DNA of 64,000 bases from Eledone cirrhosa (GCA_964016885.1 OZ024740.1:173972001-174036000); one strand, 5' to 3'. Shown: positions 40,328 through 54,014, counted from the stretch's first letter. Notes: a model not told the origin generated them from the sequence alone. Made by a program: numbers and translations.

Positions 40328-42218
40328 TTATCTCTTTCTCTTAATTTCGAGTATATTTTTTTGACCGGCCACCTTCCTGGTGGCAAGGTTGTAAATGAAA
40401 AGAAATTGTCATCCCTTGAATCGCAAGAATGTTTTGCAAATTTTGAAGGTGCCAGCTATCGCAGCCATTTGCAGACTATGAATTAGGGAGCTGCGCTTTT
40501 TGTCCGCAAATCCAAGTTCAGTCATACTTTGGTTCAAGCGGGTTGGTATATAACCCGTAGCTCCAATAATGATGGGTTTGAAGCTAAAGGTGTATCTTGG
40601 ATACTGGATTTGTAAACTCCTCATCAATGGTCCGCAGATGTCCTCCTTCTCCTGTATTTTTCTGACAACGTTTACATCAAGTGGGCAGCTGATCTCCACA
40701 ACAGAACACGTTTTCAATGTGTGATCCCAAACAACAATATCAGGCCGGTTGTGCTTTAATTTGGTGGCAGTTTTTATTTTCAGGTTCCACCAGTATTCCT
40801 TAGTGCCATCTGTCTCAATATATTCTTCCTCGTTTGTTGTTAATTTTGTTTTCCGAAGTGCGTTCCAGATGGTTCTAGCTATCCCATCGTGTCTCATGGG
40901 GAGGTAGTAGCGAGATGACATTCTTTTGCAGCTGGCAACAATGTGGCTTACATCCTCGATCTTTGTTTTACATAGCCTACATTTATTGTCAGCTGCTGGC
41001 CCTCCTCTTTTGTGCAGCAGATATTTGGTAGGGAGTTCTTGTTCCTGTATTGCATAGAGATATCCCTCAAGTGTGATGTCATAAACTTGTCGGAACTCCA
41101 TGCCAGGCTTTTTGAGTGGTTTATCCCCTCTATGGTCTGTGTTTTACGCCTCAAGTATCCATGCACAACTTTTTCTGTAAATTGGTCAATTTTTTTATCT
41201 TGTTTGAACATTGAATATGATCTTCCGATTTCTCTGGGTGAGAGATTTATATCAGGCTTTATTCCATATCTCTCCTCCAGATCAGTCGCTATTCTAATGA
41301 TATTTTTTTTTCATGCTCATAAACCTGGGCAAGATGGTTGCCAACCCTTTTCCTCTGTTGAAGGTGTTGCTTCAGTGTTACTATCCGGGTCTCATATGTT
41401 GTTAATATTCATTTTAGACCCCGGCCACCTTCCTTGCGTGAGAAGTATAGCCTATCAACATCACCATTGATGTTAAAGTTCCCAGTAACACTGAGAAGTT
41501 TTCGAGTTCTAATATCCATCTCACTTAGTTCTTGCAATGACCAGTTCAGCAGGCCAAATGTTGGCGTTAGAATTGGCACAGCATAAGTATTGTGGGCAAT
41601 GTATTTGTTGTACGCTGACAATTCTGATGACCATATTTTCTTTACTCTTCTGAGGTATTCAGTTCTGGTTCTCTCCTTATTTATGGGTCCATCATATCTG
41701 ACATTCTCATCCTGTCCAAGATATCTGTAGTTGTCACCTGACTGTAGAGGTTGTATTGTCAGGCCGTTCATCTCTAGATTTCTAGAGGAGGGCACAGCTC
41801 TTCCACGTTTTACTGCCAAATATGCACACTTGGACTTCATTTTGATGTCTGTTGAAAATTCTGTAATGAGGTCCAATTGTTTCTTGATGTCATTGATATT
41901 TGGCCCATACAACTTCAGGTCGTCAACAAAGAAAAGATGGGAGATACTTCTGGGCCCACTTCTTTGTCCACCTTGTTTCCTGACTAGGTAAGATAGTGGA
42001 TTCAGTGAGAGAACGAAGAGTAGCACTGACAAGCTATCACCCTGAAAGATGCCCTTCTGGTAATGTATCTTATCAGTCTTAACTTGCTCCTTCTCACCTC
42101 TAAGGATCAAATTGGTGTACCAGTTCTTGGTCAGGCGTTCAACAGCAGCTACCAATGGTTGTGGGACTTTAGCTAACTGTAAAGCCTTAATAATCCACTC
42201 ATGAGGTACACTATCAAA
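40328..42218 (-). mobile_element. R4/Dong-like RLE non-LTR retrotransposon, 5'-truncated (subfamily B)
   Basis: RT motifs KGIFQGDSLS and HLFFVDDLKLY, DRLYFSRKEGGRGL, CRLC...RHDGI, HNRPDI, VEISCPLD; frameshifts; (CATA)n at both ends. Confidence 0.9.
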
Positions 42219-42256
42219 TGTATGTATGTATGTATGTATGTATGTATGTATGTATG

Positions 42257-42290
<34 letters not shown>

Positions 42291-42300
42291 TGTATATACA

Positions 42301-42620
42301 CATGTACCGCACGGTTAAACCACTGGGAGTGAAGGTCCCCTAGCCTTTGTCAGGGCATTCTTCTAGGAGAAGGCAACTCAGGAAACTGGGATGACTCCTA
42401 TATAAAACCTGCGGCTCAGTAGTTACCGATGATGTTGATCTTTTCTTCTTTTCGGGTTATAGCTACTGTCGCTCAGAGAGTGGGATTCGTTCAGTGCACA
42501 GTCTTTCCTCACTTTAAAAAATATCCTCATGCACAGGCATTGCACGATAGAATTAATTAATAATTATTAATAATGGTATATCATGCGATGGCCATACTCG
42601 ATAACGAGAGGGCAGCCATC
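42301..42620 (+). mobile_element. Second non-autonomous RTE-derived short element
   Basis: CCCTAGCCTTTGTCAGGGCA..TTCTAGGAGAAGGCAACTC head and CTCGATAACGAG-AGGGCAGCCATC-(ATGT) tail. Confidence 0.6.
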
Positions 42621-43822
42621 ATGTATGTATGGATGAATCATAGAGTATCATAGGCACGCAAAAAAAAAGTTTAATCATTAAAATGTCTGCGATGATTCAA
42701 ATGTTGGTCAGGTTTTATTTGAGTAGTGGCTCCTTATCGGTTACTCAGTCTCCCATTGGATCCACTGGGTTCCATTAAAAACCGCTGCAAAAATCTGCGT
42801 GACGATTTTAGGTTTGGACACAGTTGTGGTGCAAGGGAAACAACCCAGTTGAGATTTAATGTCGTAAGAACACGTGTGTTATTTCAATTGAAGTTCTTTC
42901 CCGATTTTATTGTTTAGAGATAAGATGGAAAGCTTCAGAATATGCAGTTTTTCAGACAGTTTAGCTGGCAGTTACGTAATCCACTAGAATGTGGAGGTAC
43001 CCTATCGCCAGTGCTCACAAGCATAGCGGGGTAGTCATATTCTTGGTTCTCCAAGCTTCCAAATGAAACGAGACAAGGAAGTAGAGGTTATACATACTGG
43101 CTATTGAAACGACAAGAGCTCAACCTTTGGGGTCAGGAAGGAGAGGTAGAACCCATGATTTTCACAGACACTTTGAGATCGGAGATGTTGATCCTATAGA
43201 TATTCTATTTATATTTTTGCAGGTTAACTATTTTGGGAAAGACACGAATAGGGAGAAAATTCTAGGGAATAGACGTTCTGAGCAGGAAGGACTGGGCAGA
43301 AGGGTTAGAAGAGAACATGGGGATATCGGCCCGTTTCTTTAACTTTTCTATGCGAAGATATTGCTAGCCTCCTTCCTCAACCCTTCTCCGTTTCTGTAAA
43401 AAGAAACTCTGAATGAATAATTGCTCAAAATAATTGCTCAAAATACTTCTTACAGTGCAGTGTAACTGATTCAACAGTGAGAGACAAGTGTATTATTAAC
43501 ACTGGAGGGCCAAAGTCAAAGTTGGCTACGGCGGGATTTGAACATAGAACGCAGAGGACCGGAACAAATACTGCACAACATTGGATTCGACATTCTAACA
43601 ACTCTGTCAATTCTGCACCACACTGATTGAATTATAGCGATTTCCTATTTATCGCAGTATTTCTTCATTTTAGTTCTTTCATTCATTCTTTTTCGTGTCA
43701 AATGTTGAAGAAGCCGAATTACATAAGGTTGCAAGTGCTGCAGTATTGGCGACCCGGTTTCGCTTCTTCGTTGAGGATAATTGACTTCCTTAACCCTCAT
43801 ATATATATATATATATATATAT

Positions 43823-43963
43823 ATTGTAAAGAGTTACTGCCGAACGGCTAAGCTCTTGTCGAAACGGCGCGTGCTCAGCCGTGGCGCAGTAACTCGTTAT
43901 AATACCTACATCTACTTTCCTAAGTCTCGAGGACTAGTCTTACTATTCTAAATTGGAAACTCC
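43823..43963 (+). mobile_element. Diverged fold-back relative of the 10571 hairpin family
   Basis: GAGTTACTGC...GCAGTAACTC arms around TCGAAACGGC...GCTCAGCCGT; tail TCTACTTTCCTAAGTCTCGAGGACT resembles the 10493-10570 tail. Confidence 0.55.
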
Positions 43964-44074
<111 letters not shown>

Positions 44075-44300
44075 GCTGTCGTCTGTTCTACAGTGTGGAT
44101 GTAATTCACTTCGCGCAGAAGTTTTGTTCAAATTTATTACGGAAATTTTGTGAGTTCAAATTTAATTTTGATACCATTGTGTAGCTTGACCCCCCGTCTG
44201 AACTGTCAGACGGTGGGTCAGCTCATCTTTACCCCTCCTAGAGGTGAAAAACCTGTTTTAAAAAATTTTGTGGCAAAAAAATTTCAATCGTCTGACAGAA

Positions 44301-46207
44301 ATGTTGAACGAAGCGAACGAAAATAGTGGTGGTGGTGGGGGGGGGGGGGGAGCGGTAAGAGTTGTAAGCTCGCACGCTTTAGTCCCCCTTTCCTTCCCAA
44401 CTAACGTCATAGAGAAGGAAGGAAAAATTAAAATAAAAACAGACGAATCTGCGGAGAAAAATGACGAAAACACAAATCTGGACATGGATTCCAACAACGA
44501 AAAAAAAAAAAATTTGAAAAATTGCATGACAATACTAACACCACAAACAAAGACACAACAAACACAAAAATAACATTTGAAAATAACACCATAGCAGAAA
44601 GCAAAGCAGACGACAGAGTCAAGATTTCATTTGCACAAACAACAAAGAAATCTTTGACTTATATACCCGAAAATATTTCAGATGTGGCACGAAGAATCAC
44701 AGACGCCAAACAATACATAAGTGAAGGAGAGAATGGTATTTTATCGGTAAAAATGCCTCAAGAATTCACCAAAGACATTGAAAGCCGAACGGTCAAGTTC
44801 CGCACCATCAACAACACTACAAAAAAACCTGAACAGCCTTCTCAAGCAGATATCAAAACAGTACTCACAGAAGTACTTAATGAAACCACTTTCATAAGAA
44901 AAGACAGACTGTATGGAAGCCTAGCAATTATCATGAAGAACGAATCGGCGGCAAAAAAATGTGCTTTGTCACCGATTCGTTCGAAAATTTTTACCTTTTA
45001 TCCATCTTATATGGGTAAAAGAACTCAACGCATATGGCTGGATGCAATGATGCCAGATGTGGACTACTGCTGGCTCATAGCTGGCTTCATCGATCCAGTG
45101 AATGACAACGTGATTTCCATTGGGAAAACCACAGGCAATGCGTTCAGTGGAACAGGTATAGAGCTGGTAGTGCAAATGAAGCCTGAACGCATCGCCCAAA
45201 TACCCGACAGAATCCTATTAGAGGGCCACGGGTATATAAACATTAGCGTGGAGGGGAGAAGGCCGTCCTGCCATATCTGTGCAGGAAGAGGGCACCTGAA
45301 GGCCGCTTGTCCCCAACTCAGCAAAAAGAAAACCCTGCTACCAACACCAGCTCCACCACAACAGATAAACAAACAACAAAACTCAGTCCCACCCAACCCG
45401 TCCCTCAGTAAAACCACACCACCACCACAACACAAACAGTCACAACACATTACCCCAAAACAAAATACAGGCCCACCCAACCTCTCACTCAATAAAACAA
45501 CACAACCACCGCAGACACAACACACAACACAGTCTAACATAGTGAAATCCATCTCCCCCACAAAGAAAACCAACACGGAAACATTACCAGCAAACATACC
45601 TCTTCCCTCCAACACTGAAGATAACCCAACGAATTCGGAGGAAGAAACGGAGTCCTTCAGACAGATTAAAAGGAAAAAAAGAAAACATGTGCAAAACACA
45701 CAAGGCCAAACAACCCCCACCCAAATCTCAACACAATCCAACAAAACAGAAAACACCCCTCCAGCAACAAACAAAACCAAACCTGCCCCTCCCCTCTTCG
45801 AAACACTCACACCATCCGAAAAAAAGACATTACACTATACTTACATCAACAGAAACAATAATAAATTAAATGAACTCATAAACAATAATCCTTCGGTACA
45901 AACCGAAGGTGTAAACTTTGTTTCTTCAGAAAACTACCCACATTTAAAATTAATAAAGATCCCAATGAACCTCTACCAAAAACTAAAAAAGGATTTTAAG
46001 GAGGACGTAGGACCACCCTCTGTCAAACCCATAAACCGCGTCCTACTAAAAAGCTTTCCCCCTCCTCTTCCCCTCCCCAACACAACTCAAAACACCCCAA
46101 CCCCACCACACACTGACGACCCCACACCACCACAAGACACCCCTTCACCCAACACCCCCGACCCCATGGAAGTCGTGCAACCCGAACCCCGGGAAGCGGA
46201 AAGGTAG
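44301..46207 (+). CDS. Tx1 ORF1 (gag-like nucleic-acid-binding protein), with a frameshift near the A-run at ~44500
   Basis: 561-codon ORF 44522-46207 with CCHC knuckle CHICAGRGHLKAAC and Pro/Thr-rich tail; the upstream ATG-containing ORF 44268-44573 overlaps in another frame across homopolymer runs. Confidence 0.75.
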
Positions 46208-46240
46208 GTCTCTACACTCTCCTTTGGCTCTGCCGCCCAC

Positions 46241-49200
46241 ATGGATGTGTTAAGAGTAGGATGTTTGAATGCACGTGGCCTGGGATCAACTTGGAAGCAA
46301 GCAAAGCTTCTAAATGACCTCAGGTCATGTAGTATAAATGTAATGGTTATCTGTGAGACTCGAATCAGCGTCGTGCGGCAGCTGGCCCCCATCTTCGATG
46401 ACTTTGAGGTGCATGCATCTCTCTGTCAACCTGGAGGTGGGGGTGGGGTTGTCGTACTGTTGCAAAAACACCTGGGTCTTGCCGTACAGGTTGTGCACTC
46501 GAACCCGGAGGGTCGTTTGTTGGTGCTAGACGTTGGCAGTAGTGAAAGTGCGGCCTTGAGACTGGTCGCCGTCTACTCCCCTTTCGGAGCTGAACGGCTC
46601 GACTTCTTCAAGCGTTTGGAGACTTTTCTGGGAACGTCGCGTTCCCTGCTTCTAGCGGGGGATTGGAATGACATCCTAGATGCACGTTGGGACTATGCAG
46701 GAGCATGTCATAATAGAGGGGGGTGTAACAGCCTCAAGGGGTTACTCAACCGTTTTAACTTGGTCGATAGATATCGACTAGCTTTTCCAACTGTGCCTAC
46801 CTGGACTTAGAGAAACCACAGTGGTCAATCTAGATCGTACTTAGATAGATTCTTAGTTAGAAGTAAGGATAGGGACATATTAAGCTGTCCAGAAATGCGC
46901 ACGGTTGGCTACACGGATCACAAATTAGTGACCTGCGTAGTCAATCTCGAGAAAACACATAAACAGGGTCCCGGTTACTGGAAACTTAATTTGTCTTTAC
47001 CGGCAAAAGAGACTTACAGAAACCGGATTAGCAGATTAGTTAAGGAGAGGTTGACGGGTGCAATCGTCAACAACCGATGGTGGGCATCTCTCAAAAGAGA
47101 GATTAGAACAGAATCAATAAGTTATAGCAAGATGTTAGCTGCCGATAGGAATAGAAACGAGAAAGAATTAACAGGTAAATTAGAAGAGGCAATCAAGAGC
47201 GAAGATGTGGCCAGAGTGCTGGCATCGAGGACGGCCTTGAACCAGTTTTTCGATGCAAAGCACGAAGGCTGCGTCATTCGAAGTAAAATACGTGCTCTAG
47301 GTAATGAGGGGGCCAAAGCCGTTGGCTGGGCCCGCGTGACAGAAGCTAAGAGTGGAAATCGATCCACCATCCGGCCGTTGCAAGACGAAGATGGACGGGT
47401 GATCCGGGAGCCTAAGCAGATGTGCGAGGCCTTTCAAAGGCACTTTGCCCGATTGTTCGGGGGAGGCGAGGGTCCGGGCGGGGGCGTGGATTTCGGTCCA
47501 TACCTCGACGGCCTGCCGCGTCTCTCGAGCGAAGAGGCAGAGTCCTGCGAGGGACCAATCTCGGCTGATGAGATCGGAGATGCGCTGAGCCAATGCAGCA
47601 GACGCAAATCTCCAGGTCTCGATGGTATACTTTACGAACTTTATTTAGCAATGCCGGTCTTCTTCTCCGAACTCCTCGAAGCGGTCTACTGCAATTGGCA
47701 GCAGAACGGGAGAATTCCTTGTTCTGTAGCCAAGGGCGTAGTCACGCTGGTGAGGAAGGACGAGAACAAGGGAGATAGTATAAATAATTTTCGGCCCATA
47801 ACCCTGCTAAACACAGAGTTAAAGATTTTGGCCAAGGTGTTAGCAAAGAGGTTGGCGCTTGTCGTGGGTGGCCTGGTGGGAGATGCGCAGACATGTGCTA
47901 TCCCATCCAGGTCCATTCACGATAACCTCCACCTCATGCGATACATCATAGAGAGGGTTGGCAACAAACCCGGCTTCGGTGGGGCCCTGATCAACTTGGA
48001 TCAGTCTAAGGCCTTCGATAGGGTCGACCATGGTTACCTGGATGCGGTGCTAGCGGCGGCTGGGTTCGGTCCTGTTTTCAGAGGCTGGATCACTGCCTTA
48101 CATAGCAACCACATCTGTTCTAGGATCAAGGTGAACGGCTACCTTTCGAAGCCGTTCGAAATCACACGATCCATTCGACAGGGGTGCCCTCTCTCCTCCC
48201 TTCTGTACGTATTGACTCTCGAGCCTTTACTGAGGAAGTTGGAGTTGTTGCAGGGTATCCCCCTGGAACCAGGATTGAGCAAAGCGGTGTCGGCCTACGC
48301 CGATGACGTAACAGTAATGGTATCGACCGACTCGGAGATCGAGGCGATCGGTACCTTACTGGAGGATTACGAAAGGTTGTCAGGAGCGAAACTGAACCGG
48401 GAAAAATCCATCGGACTGCAACTCGGAACGTGGAGAGGCAGACCGATGCCTCCCGACAGTGTCGTCGGACACTGGACGGAGGGCCCGGTAAAGTTGCTTG
48501 GGGTCTGGTTTGGACCGGACCTCCAGGTGAAAAAGAACTGGAACGAGGTTACGAACAAGGTGTTTGCACTAACCCAGAAATGGGCCAAGTGTAAGCTGTC
48601 CCTAAAAGGCCGGGCGGAGGTGGCGAACATTTACATAGCGTCCGTCACTTACTACCGCCTGACTGTCGTGCCTTGCCCTAAGGAAACACTCACCACCATG
48701 GAACGCATGCTCTTCCAATTTCTTTGGAAGAAGCGCCCTCCTATGGTGAGAAGATCAATCTGCTGCCAACAACCTTCGAAAGGAGGGCTGGGGATGCCAT
48801 GGTTGATGATGCGTAGGCACGCATTAAGGCTACGGCACCTACAGGTATTCCTCACTGGTCAACCGGTGTGGGCTCCGTTCGTGAAACGAGCCTTTCCGAG
48901 ACTCGTCTCGCTCACCGAGCTACAGTCCTGGGTCAAGCAAAGATCCGGAAAACTGGGAGACTGGCACACTGAGTGTGCTCAGGCGCTCAGGGCTCTCTGG
49001 CAAGCGGGCCAGGCCATCGGTGGAGAATCCACCTCATCATTCTATAGAGGGCTGGTGGCTAGCAGGGGCGATGACACCCTTGGAGAGTCGCTGGACATGG
49101 AAGAAGACGAACTGGCCAGCCTGTTCGGTAGGACTTTCGGCCCAGGACCAATGGACAACTTCCAGAAGACACTGGCCTGGCAATGCTACCGAGGGGCTCT

Positions 49201-49678
49201 ACCCGTTCGAGAGAGGCTCTACAGACACGGGCGCACGGGCAGGGATCCCTCAAAAAAGATTTGCCCTAGATGCGTGCGTCACGAAGAAACCGTTGTGCAC
49301 GCATTGGTGCAATGTCCGGGCGTGGCTGATTTGTGGGGCTACGCCGAACGACTGCTGTCGCGGGTGGCGCCGATTCAATTGACCGCCGAGTCCGTGATGA
49401 CAATCAAACCGCCTCCCCTCTTCACAAAGGAAGCAAAAGCGGTTTTTCTGTGCGTAATAGCCATGTAGAAAGAGGTTGTTTGGTGGACACGATTGAAAGG
49501 TCTGAGGTCAGGCAACTTCCTCTCTGGCCATAGTCTGGTCTACTTCTTCCGATATCACTTCGGAAGAAGGATAAGAATGGAGAGAGAGGTGCTTGGCCAC
49601 AGGCAGTTTTATGATAGGTGGGTGATAGTGGCGAGAATGGCTCGTGTAAATGGGCCTTCTCTGTATACCATCCTGTAG
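46241..49678 (+). pseudogene. Tx1 ORF2 (APE endonuclease + RT + C-terminal CCHC), single frame with two in-frame TAG stops
   Basis: CLNARGL, ICETR, AGDWN, YLDRF, TDHKLV; KSPGLDG, FRPITLLN, DQSKAFD, RQGCPLS, AYADD; CPRC...ETVVHALVQC. ORFs 46241, 46895 and 49493 are all in one frame; TAG at 46808 and 49466. Confidence 0.92.
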
Positions 49679-49892
49679 GTAAAGAAGTAAAGGAGAGGGG
49701 AGCACCTTTTCCATGTGCTCCCCGGGCAAAGGATTGCACACTTTTTCGGGGGTGTGTGCAACCCCCATCACGTCCCCTCCCTTTTGAGGTTATTTTCGAT
49801 TATTTTCAAGTTACACCCTTTTTACTCGATTGTATGTAAACTCCCCCTTTGTATTTGTCCCTTCTTTTTATGCCTTTATGGTAAATAAAGAA

Positions 49893-49985
<93 letters not shown>

Positions 49986-52908
49986 GTAGACAGATTAGCA
50001 CTTTAGTTAAGCACCACTTGACGGGGGCCATTGTCAACAACAGATGGTGGTACTCTCTCAAGAGGGCAATTAGATTAGACTCGATAGGTTTTAGCAAAGA
50101 ATTAGTGTTAGATAGAAATAAGACCGAAAAGGAACTGATAGATAAAGTAGAAGAGCCACTTAGGAATGGCAACGTAGCCAGCGTGCTAGCGACGAGAACG
50201 GCCTTGGAACAGTTCTTCGACGCAAAGCATGAAAGCTGCGTTGTCAGAAGAAAAATACGTGCTCTGGGAAACGAGGGAGCTAAAGCTGTTAGCTGGGCCC
50301 GAGTGACGGAGGCGAAAAGTGGCAACAAGTCCAGATTCGGTCTTTGAGGGACCAATACGGGAACGTATCACGCGTCCGTATTGGTCCCTCAAAGTCCAGA
50401 TTCGGTCTTTGAGGGACCAATACGGACGCGTGATACGTGAGCCGAAGCAAATGTGCGCAGCCTTTCAGCGGCACTTTGCTCAACTGTTCGGACAGGGCGG
50501 CGCGCCGGGAAGGGCTATGGATTTCGGTTCATACCTCGACGGCCTACCGCGACTCTCGGAAAGCGAGGCGAAGTTCTGTGAAAGGCCGATTTCGGCCGCT
50601 GAGATAGGGGACGCGCTGAGCTAATGCAGCAAACGCAAATCTCCAGGTCTCGACGGTCTACTCTACGAATTTTACGTAACAATGCCGGACTTGTTCTCCG
50701 ATCTCCTGGAAGCGGTCTACTGCAACTGGCAGCAGAACGGAAGAATTCCCAGTTCTGTGACCGAGAGCGTAATCACGTTAGTCAGGAAGGACGAGAACAA
50801 GGGGGATGACATAGGCAACTTCCGGCCCATAACTCTGCTCAACACAGAGTTACAGATTTTGGCCAAGGTGTTGGCAAAGAGGCTGGCGCTTGTCGTCAAA
50901 AACCTGGTGGGAGAAGCGCAGACATGCGCAATCCCGACCAGGTCCATACACGACAACCCCCACCTCATGCAATACATCATAGAGAGGGTAGGGTGTAAAC
51001 CCGGCTTCGGTGAGGCCCTGATTGACTTAGATCAGTCTAAGGCTTTCGATACGGTTGACCATCGTTACTGGATGCGGTGCTCGAGGCGGCAGGCTTCGGA
51101 CCCGTGTTCAGGGGCTGGATTGCTGCAATGCTCAGCAACAACATCTGCTCAAGGGTCAAAGTGAACGGATGCCTCTCGGTGCCGCTCCATATCACGCGAT
51201 CCATCTGACAGGGATGCCCTCTCTCCTCCCTTCTGTACGTACTGACTCTCGAGCCACTACTGCGGAAGTTGGAGTTATTGCAGGGCATCCCTTTGGTACC
51301 GGGACTGCGGAAAGCGGCGTCGGCCTACGCCGACAACGTGACAGTAATGGTGTCGAGCACCTCGCAAATCGGGGAGATCGGCACCTTACTGGAGAAATAC
51401 GAAAGGTTCACAGGAGCGAAGCTGAACCGGGACAAATCCGTCGGTTTGCAATTCGGAACGTGGAGAGGCAAACCAATGCCTTCCGATGACGTCGTCAAAC
51501 GCTGGACGGAAGGACCGGTAAAGCTGCTCGGGGTCTGGTTTGGTCCGGACCTCCAGGTGGAGAAGAACTGGAATGAGGTGACAGCCAAGGTGTTTGCGCT
51601 CACCCAGAAGTGGGCCGAGTGCAAACTATCCTTGAAAGGTCGAGCGGAGGTGGCGAACACTTTTATAGCGTCTGTCATCTACTACCGCTTGACCGTCGTG
51701 CCTTGTCCAGCCAAAACGCTCACCAAAATGGAGCGCGCGCTCTTCCAATTCCTTTGGAAGAAACGGGCTCCTTTGGTGAGAACATCCATCTGCTGCCAAC
51801 ACCCTTCAAATGGAGGGCTGGGAATGCCGTGGCTGACGATGCGCAAACACGCGCTCAGGCTGCGGCACCTCCACGTATTCCACACCAGACAACCGGCGTG
51901 GGCCCCGTTCGTGAGGCGAGCCTTCCCACGACTCGTCTCGCTGACCGAGCTGCAGTCCTGTGTCAAGCAAAGACCGAGGAAAATGGGCGACTGGCACATC
52001 GAATATGCTCAGGCGCTCACAGTCCTCCTGCAAACGGACCCGGCGATCAGTGGAGACTCCACTTCGACATTCTATAGAGGGTTGGTCCGCGGCAAGTGCG
52101 ACGCCACGCTCGGAGAAACTCTAGGCGTAGAGGAGGACGAACTGGCCAGTCTGTTCGGTAGGACCTTCCGCCCGGGACCAATGGACAACTTCCAAAAGTC
52201 CCTGGCCTGGCAGTGCTACCAAGGAGCTCTACCAGTTCGAGACAAGCTCTACAGACACGGGCACCCGGGTAGGGACCCTTCGAAAAAGATCTGTCCGAGA
52301 TGCGTGCGCGACGAGGAAACCGTCGCACACGCATTCGTACACTGCCCGGGCGTTACCGACCTGTGGGGTTATGTAGAACGAGTGGGACCAATCCAGTTGA
52401 CCAGCGAGTCCATTGTCATGATCAAACCGCCACCCTCCTTCAAAAACGAGGGAGAGGCAGTTTTCCTATGTGTTATGGCTATGGTGAAAGAGGTTATATG
52501 GTGGACGAGGTTAAAAGGGCTGAGGTCAGACACCTTTCTCTCCGGCGAACAACTGATTCGTTTTTTCAAATATCATTTTGGAAGAAGCATCAGGATGGAG
52601 AGAGAGGTGCTGTACCCCAGCAAGTTTTATAAAAGGTGGGTGAATGTGGCAAAGATGGCCCGAGTGGTTGGGCCTTCTCAGGAAAAAGAGGAAGAGAGGA
52701 AGGGAGTACTCACTCTTGGTGCTCCTGAAGATGAGGGTTGTACATTTTTTCGGGGTGTGTACAACCCCTGTACAACACCTCCCCCCCTATTGGGGATTTC
52801 AATTGTTATTTGTTATTGTATTAATAGTTTTATTTTCATATACCTGTATGTAAACTCCCCATTTGTATTTGTCCCCTTCTTTTGTGCCCTTGTGGCTAAT
52901 AAAGAAAT
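49986..52908 (+). mobile_element. 5'-truncated Tx1 copy (related subfamily), disrupted
   Basis: Collinear with ORF2 of the 44075 element from the EN-RT linker onward; stops and frameshifts; flanked by (TATC)n. Confidence 0.92.
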
Positions 52909-52909
52909 G

Positions 52910-52952
<43 letters not shown>

Positions 52953-53609
52953 ATATCTATCTATCTATCTATTTGTCTATCTGTCTATGTATCTGTCTGC
53001 CTGTCTGTCTGCCCTCCCCCGTCTCTCTCTATCTCTCTACGTGTGTGTGTGTGCGTGTGTGTGCGTGTATATGCCTGTATGTGTGTGTATATGTGTGTGC
53101 ATATGTATGTATATATGTATGTATGTAAGTATGTATATGTGTGTACATGTATGTATGTATGTATGTATGTATGTATGTATGTATGTGTACATGTATGTAT
53201 GTATGTATGTATGTATGTATGTATGTATGTATGTATGTATCTATGTATGTATGTGTACATGTATGTATGTATGTATGTATGTATGTATGTATGTATGTAT
53301 GTATGTATGTATGTATGTATGTATGTGTCTGTCTGTATGTATGTATGTATCTGTCTATGTATGCATGTATGTATGTATATGTGTGTGTGGTGGGGCATGT
53401 ACATACTCGTTGGAAGTGAATGATTTACTCTGTAACTACTCTGAGTTTCTTGCAACGCACTATCTTTCATGCGGCAAAAGGCTAATATATCTATTACATG
53501 AATTGAGTATTTTTCTCTCGTTCGTATAATCAAATGTATCCCCCTCCCCCTCCCCCTCTCACTCCTTCCCACACTCTTTTCCTTCTACCCCCTCTCTTTC
53601 TCTCTCTCG

Positions 53610-53679
<70 letters not shown>

Positions 53680-53692
53680 CAGAATTAGTCTA

Positions 53693-53742
53693 GAATTAGC
53701 CGTCGAAACGGATTGAGCTCAGCCGTCGGGGTCCTACTCGTT

Positions 53743-53745
<3 letters not shown>
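53693..53745 (+). mobile_element. Solo arm of the 10571 hairpin family in (TA)n
   Basis: GAATTAGCCGTCGAAACGGATTGAGCTCAGCCGTCGGGGTCCTACTCGTTCCTAT, three differences from the 10614-10668 segment. Confidence 0.8.
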
Positions 53746-53788
<43 letters not shown>

Positions 53789-53795
53789 TATATAT

Positions 53796-53826
<31 letters not shown>

Positions 53827-53853
53827 ATATATACATATACACACACTTATATG

Positions 53854-53893
<40 letters not shown>

Positions 53894-53927
53894 CATACAT
53901 GCATACATACATACATACATACATACA

Positions 53928-54014
<87 letters not shown>

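Larger units (their letters stand above)
44075..49893 (+). mobile_element. Full-length Tx1/L1-clade LINE inserted in (TATC)n
   Basis: 5' UTR, ORF1 with zinc knuckle, APE-RT ORF2, 3' end AATAAAGAAA joined directly to (TCTA)n; (TATC)n tract on both sides. Confidence 0.93.

Noticed and set aside
42720-43340. Possible decayed LINE ORF1 on the minus strand (CFPC relic)
   Set aside because: Motif evidence is too fragmentary to call without a search.
45064-45810. 248-aa Cys/Val/Gly-rich minus ORF
   Set aside because: Antisense shadow of the A/C-rich Tx1 ORF1.
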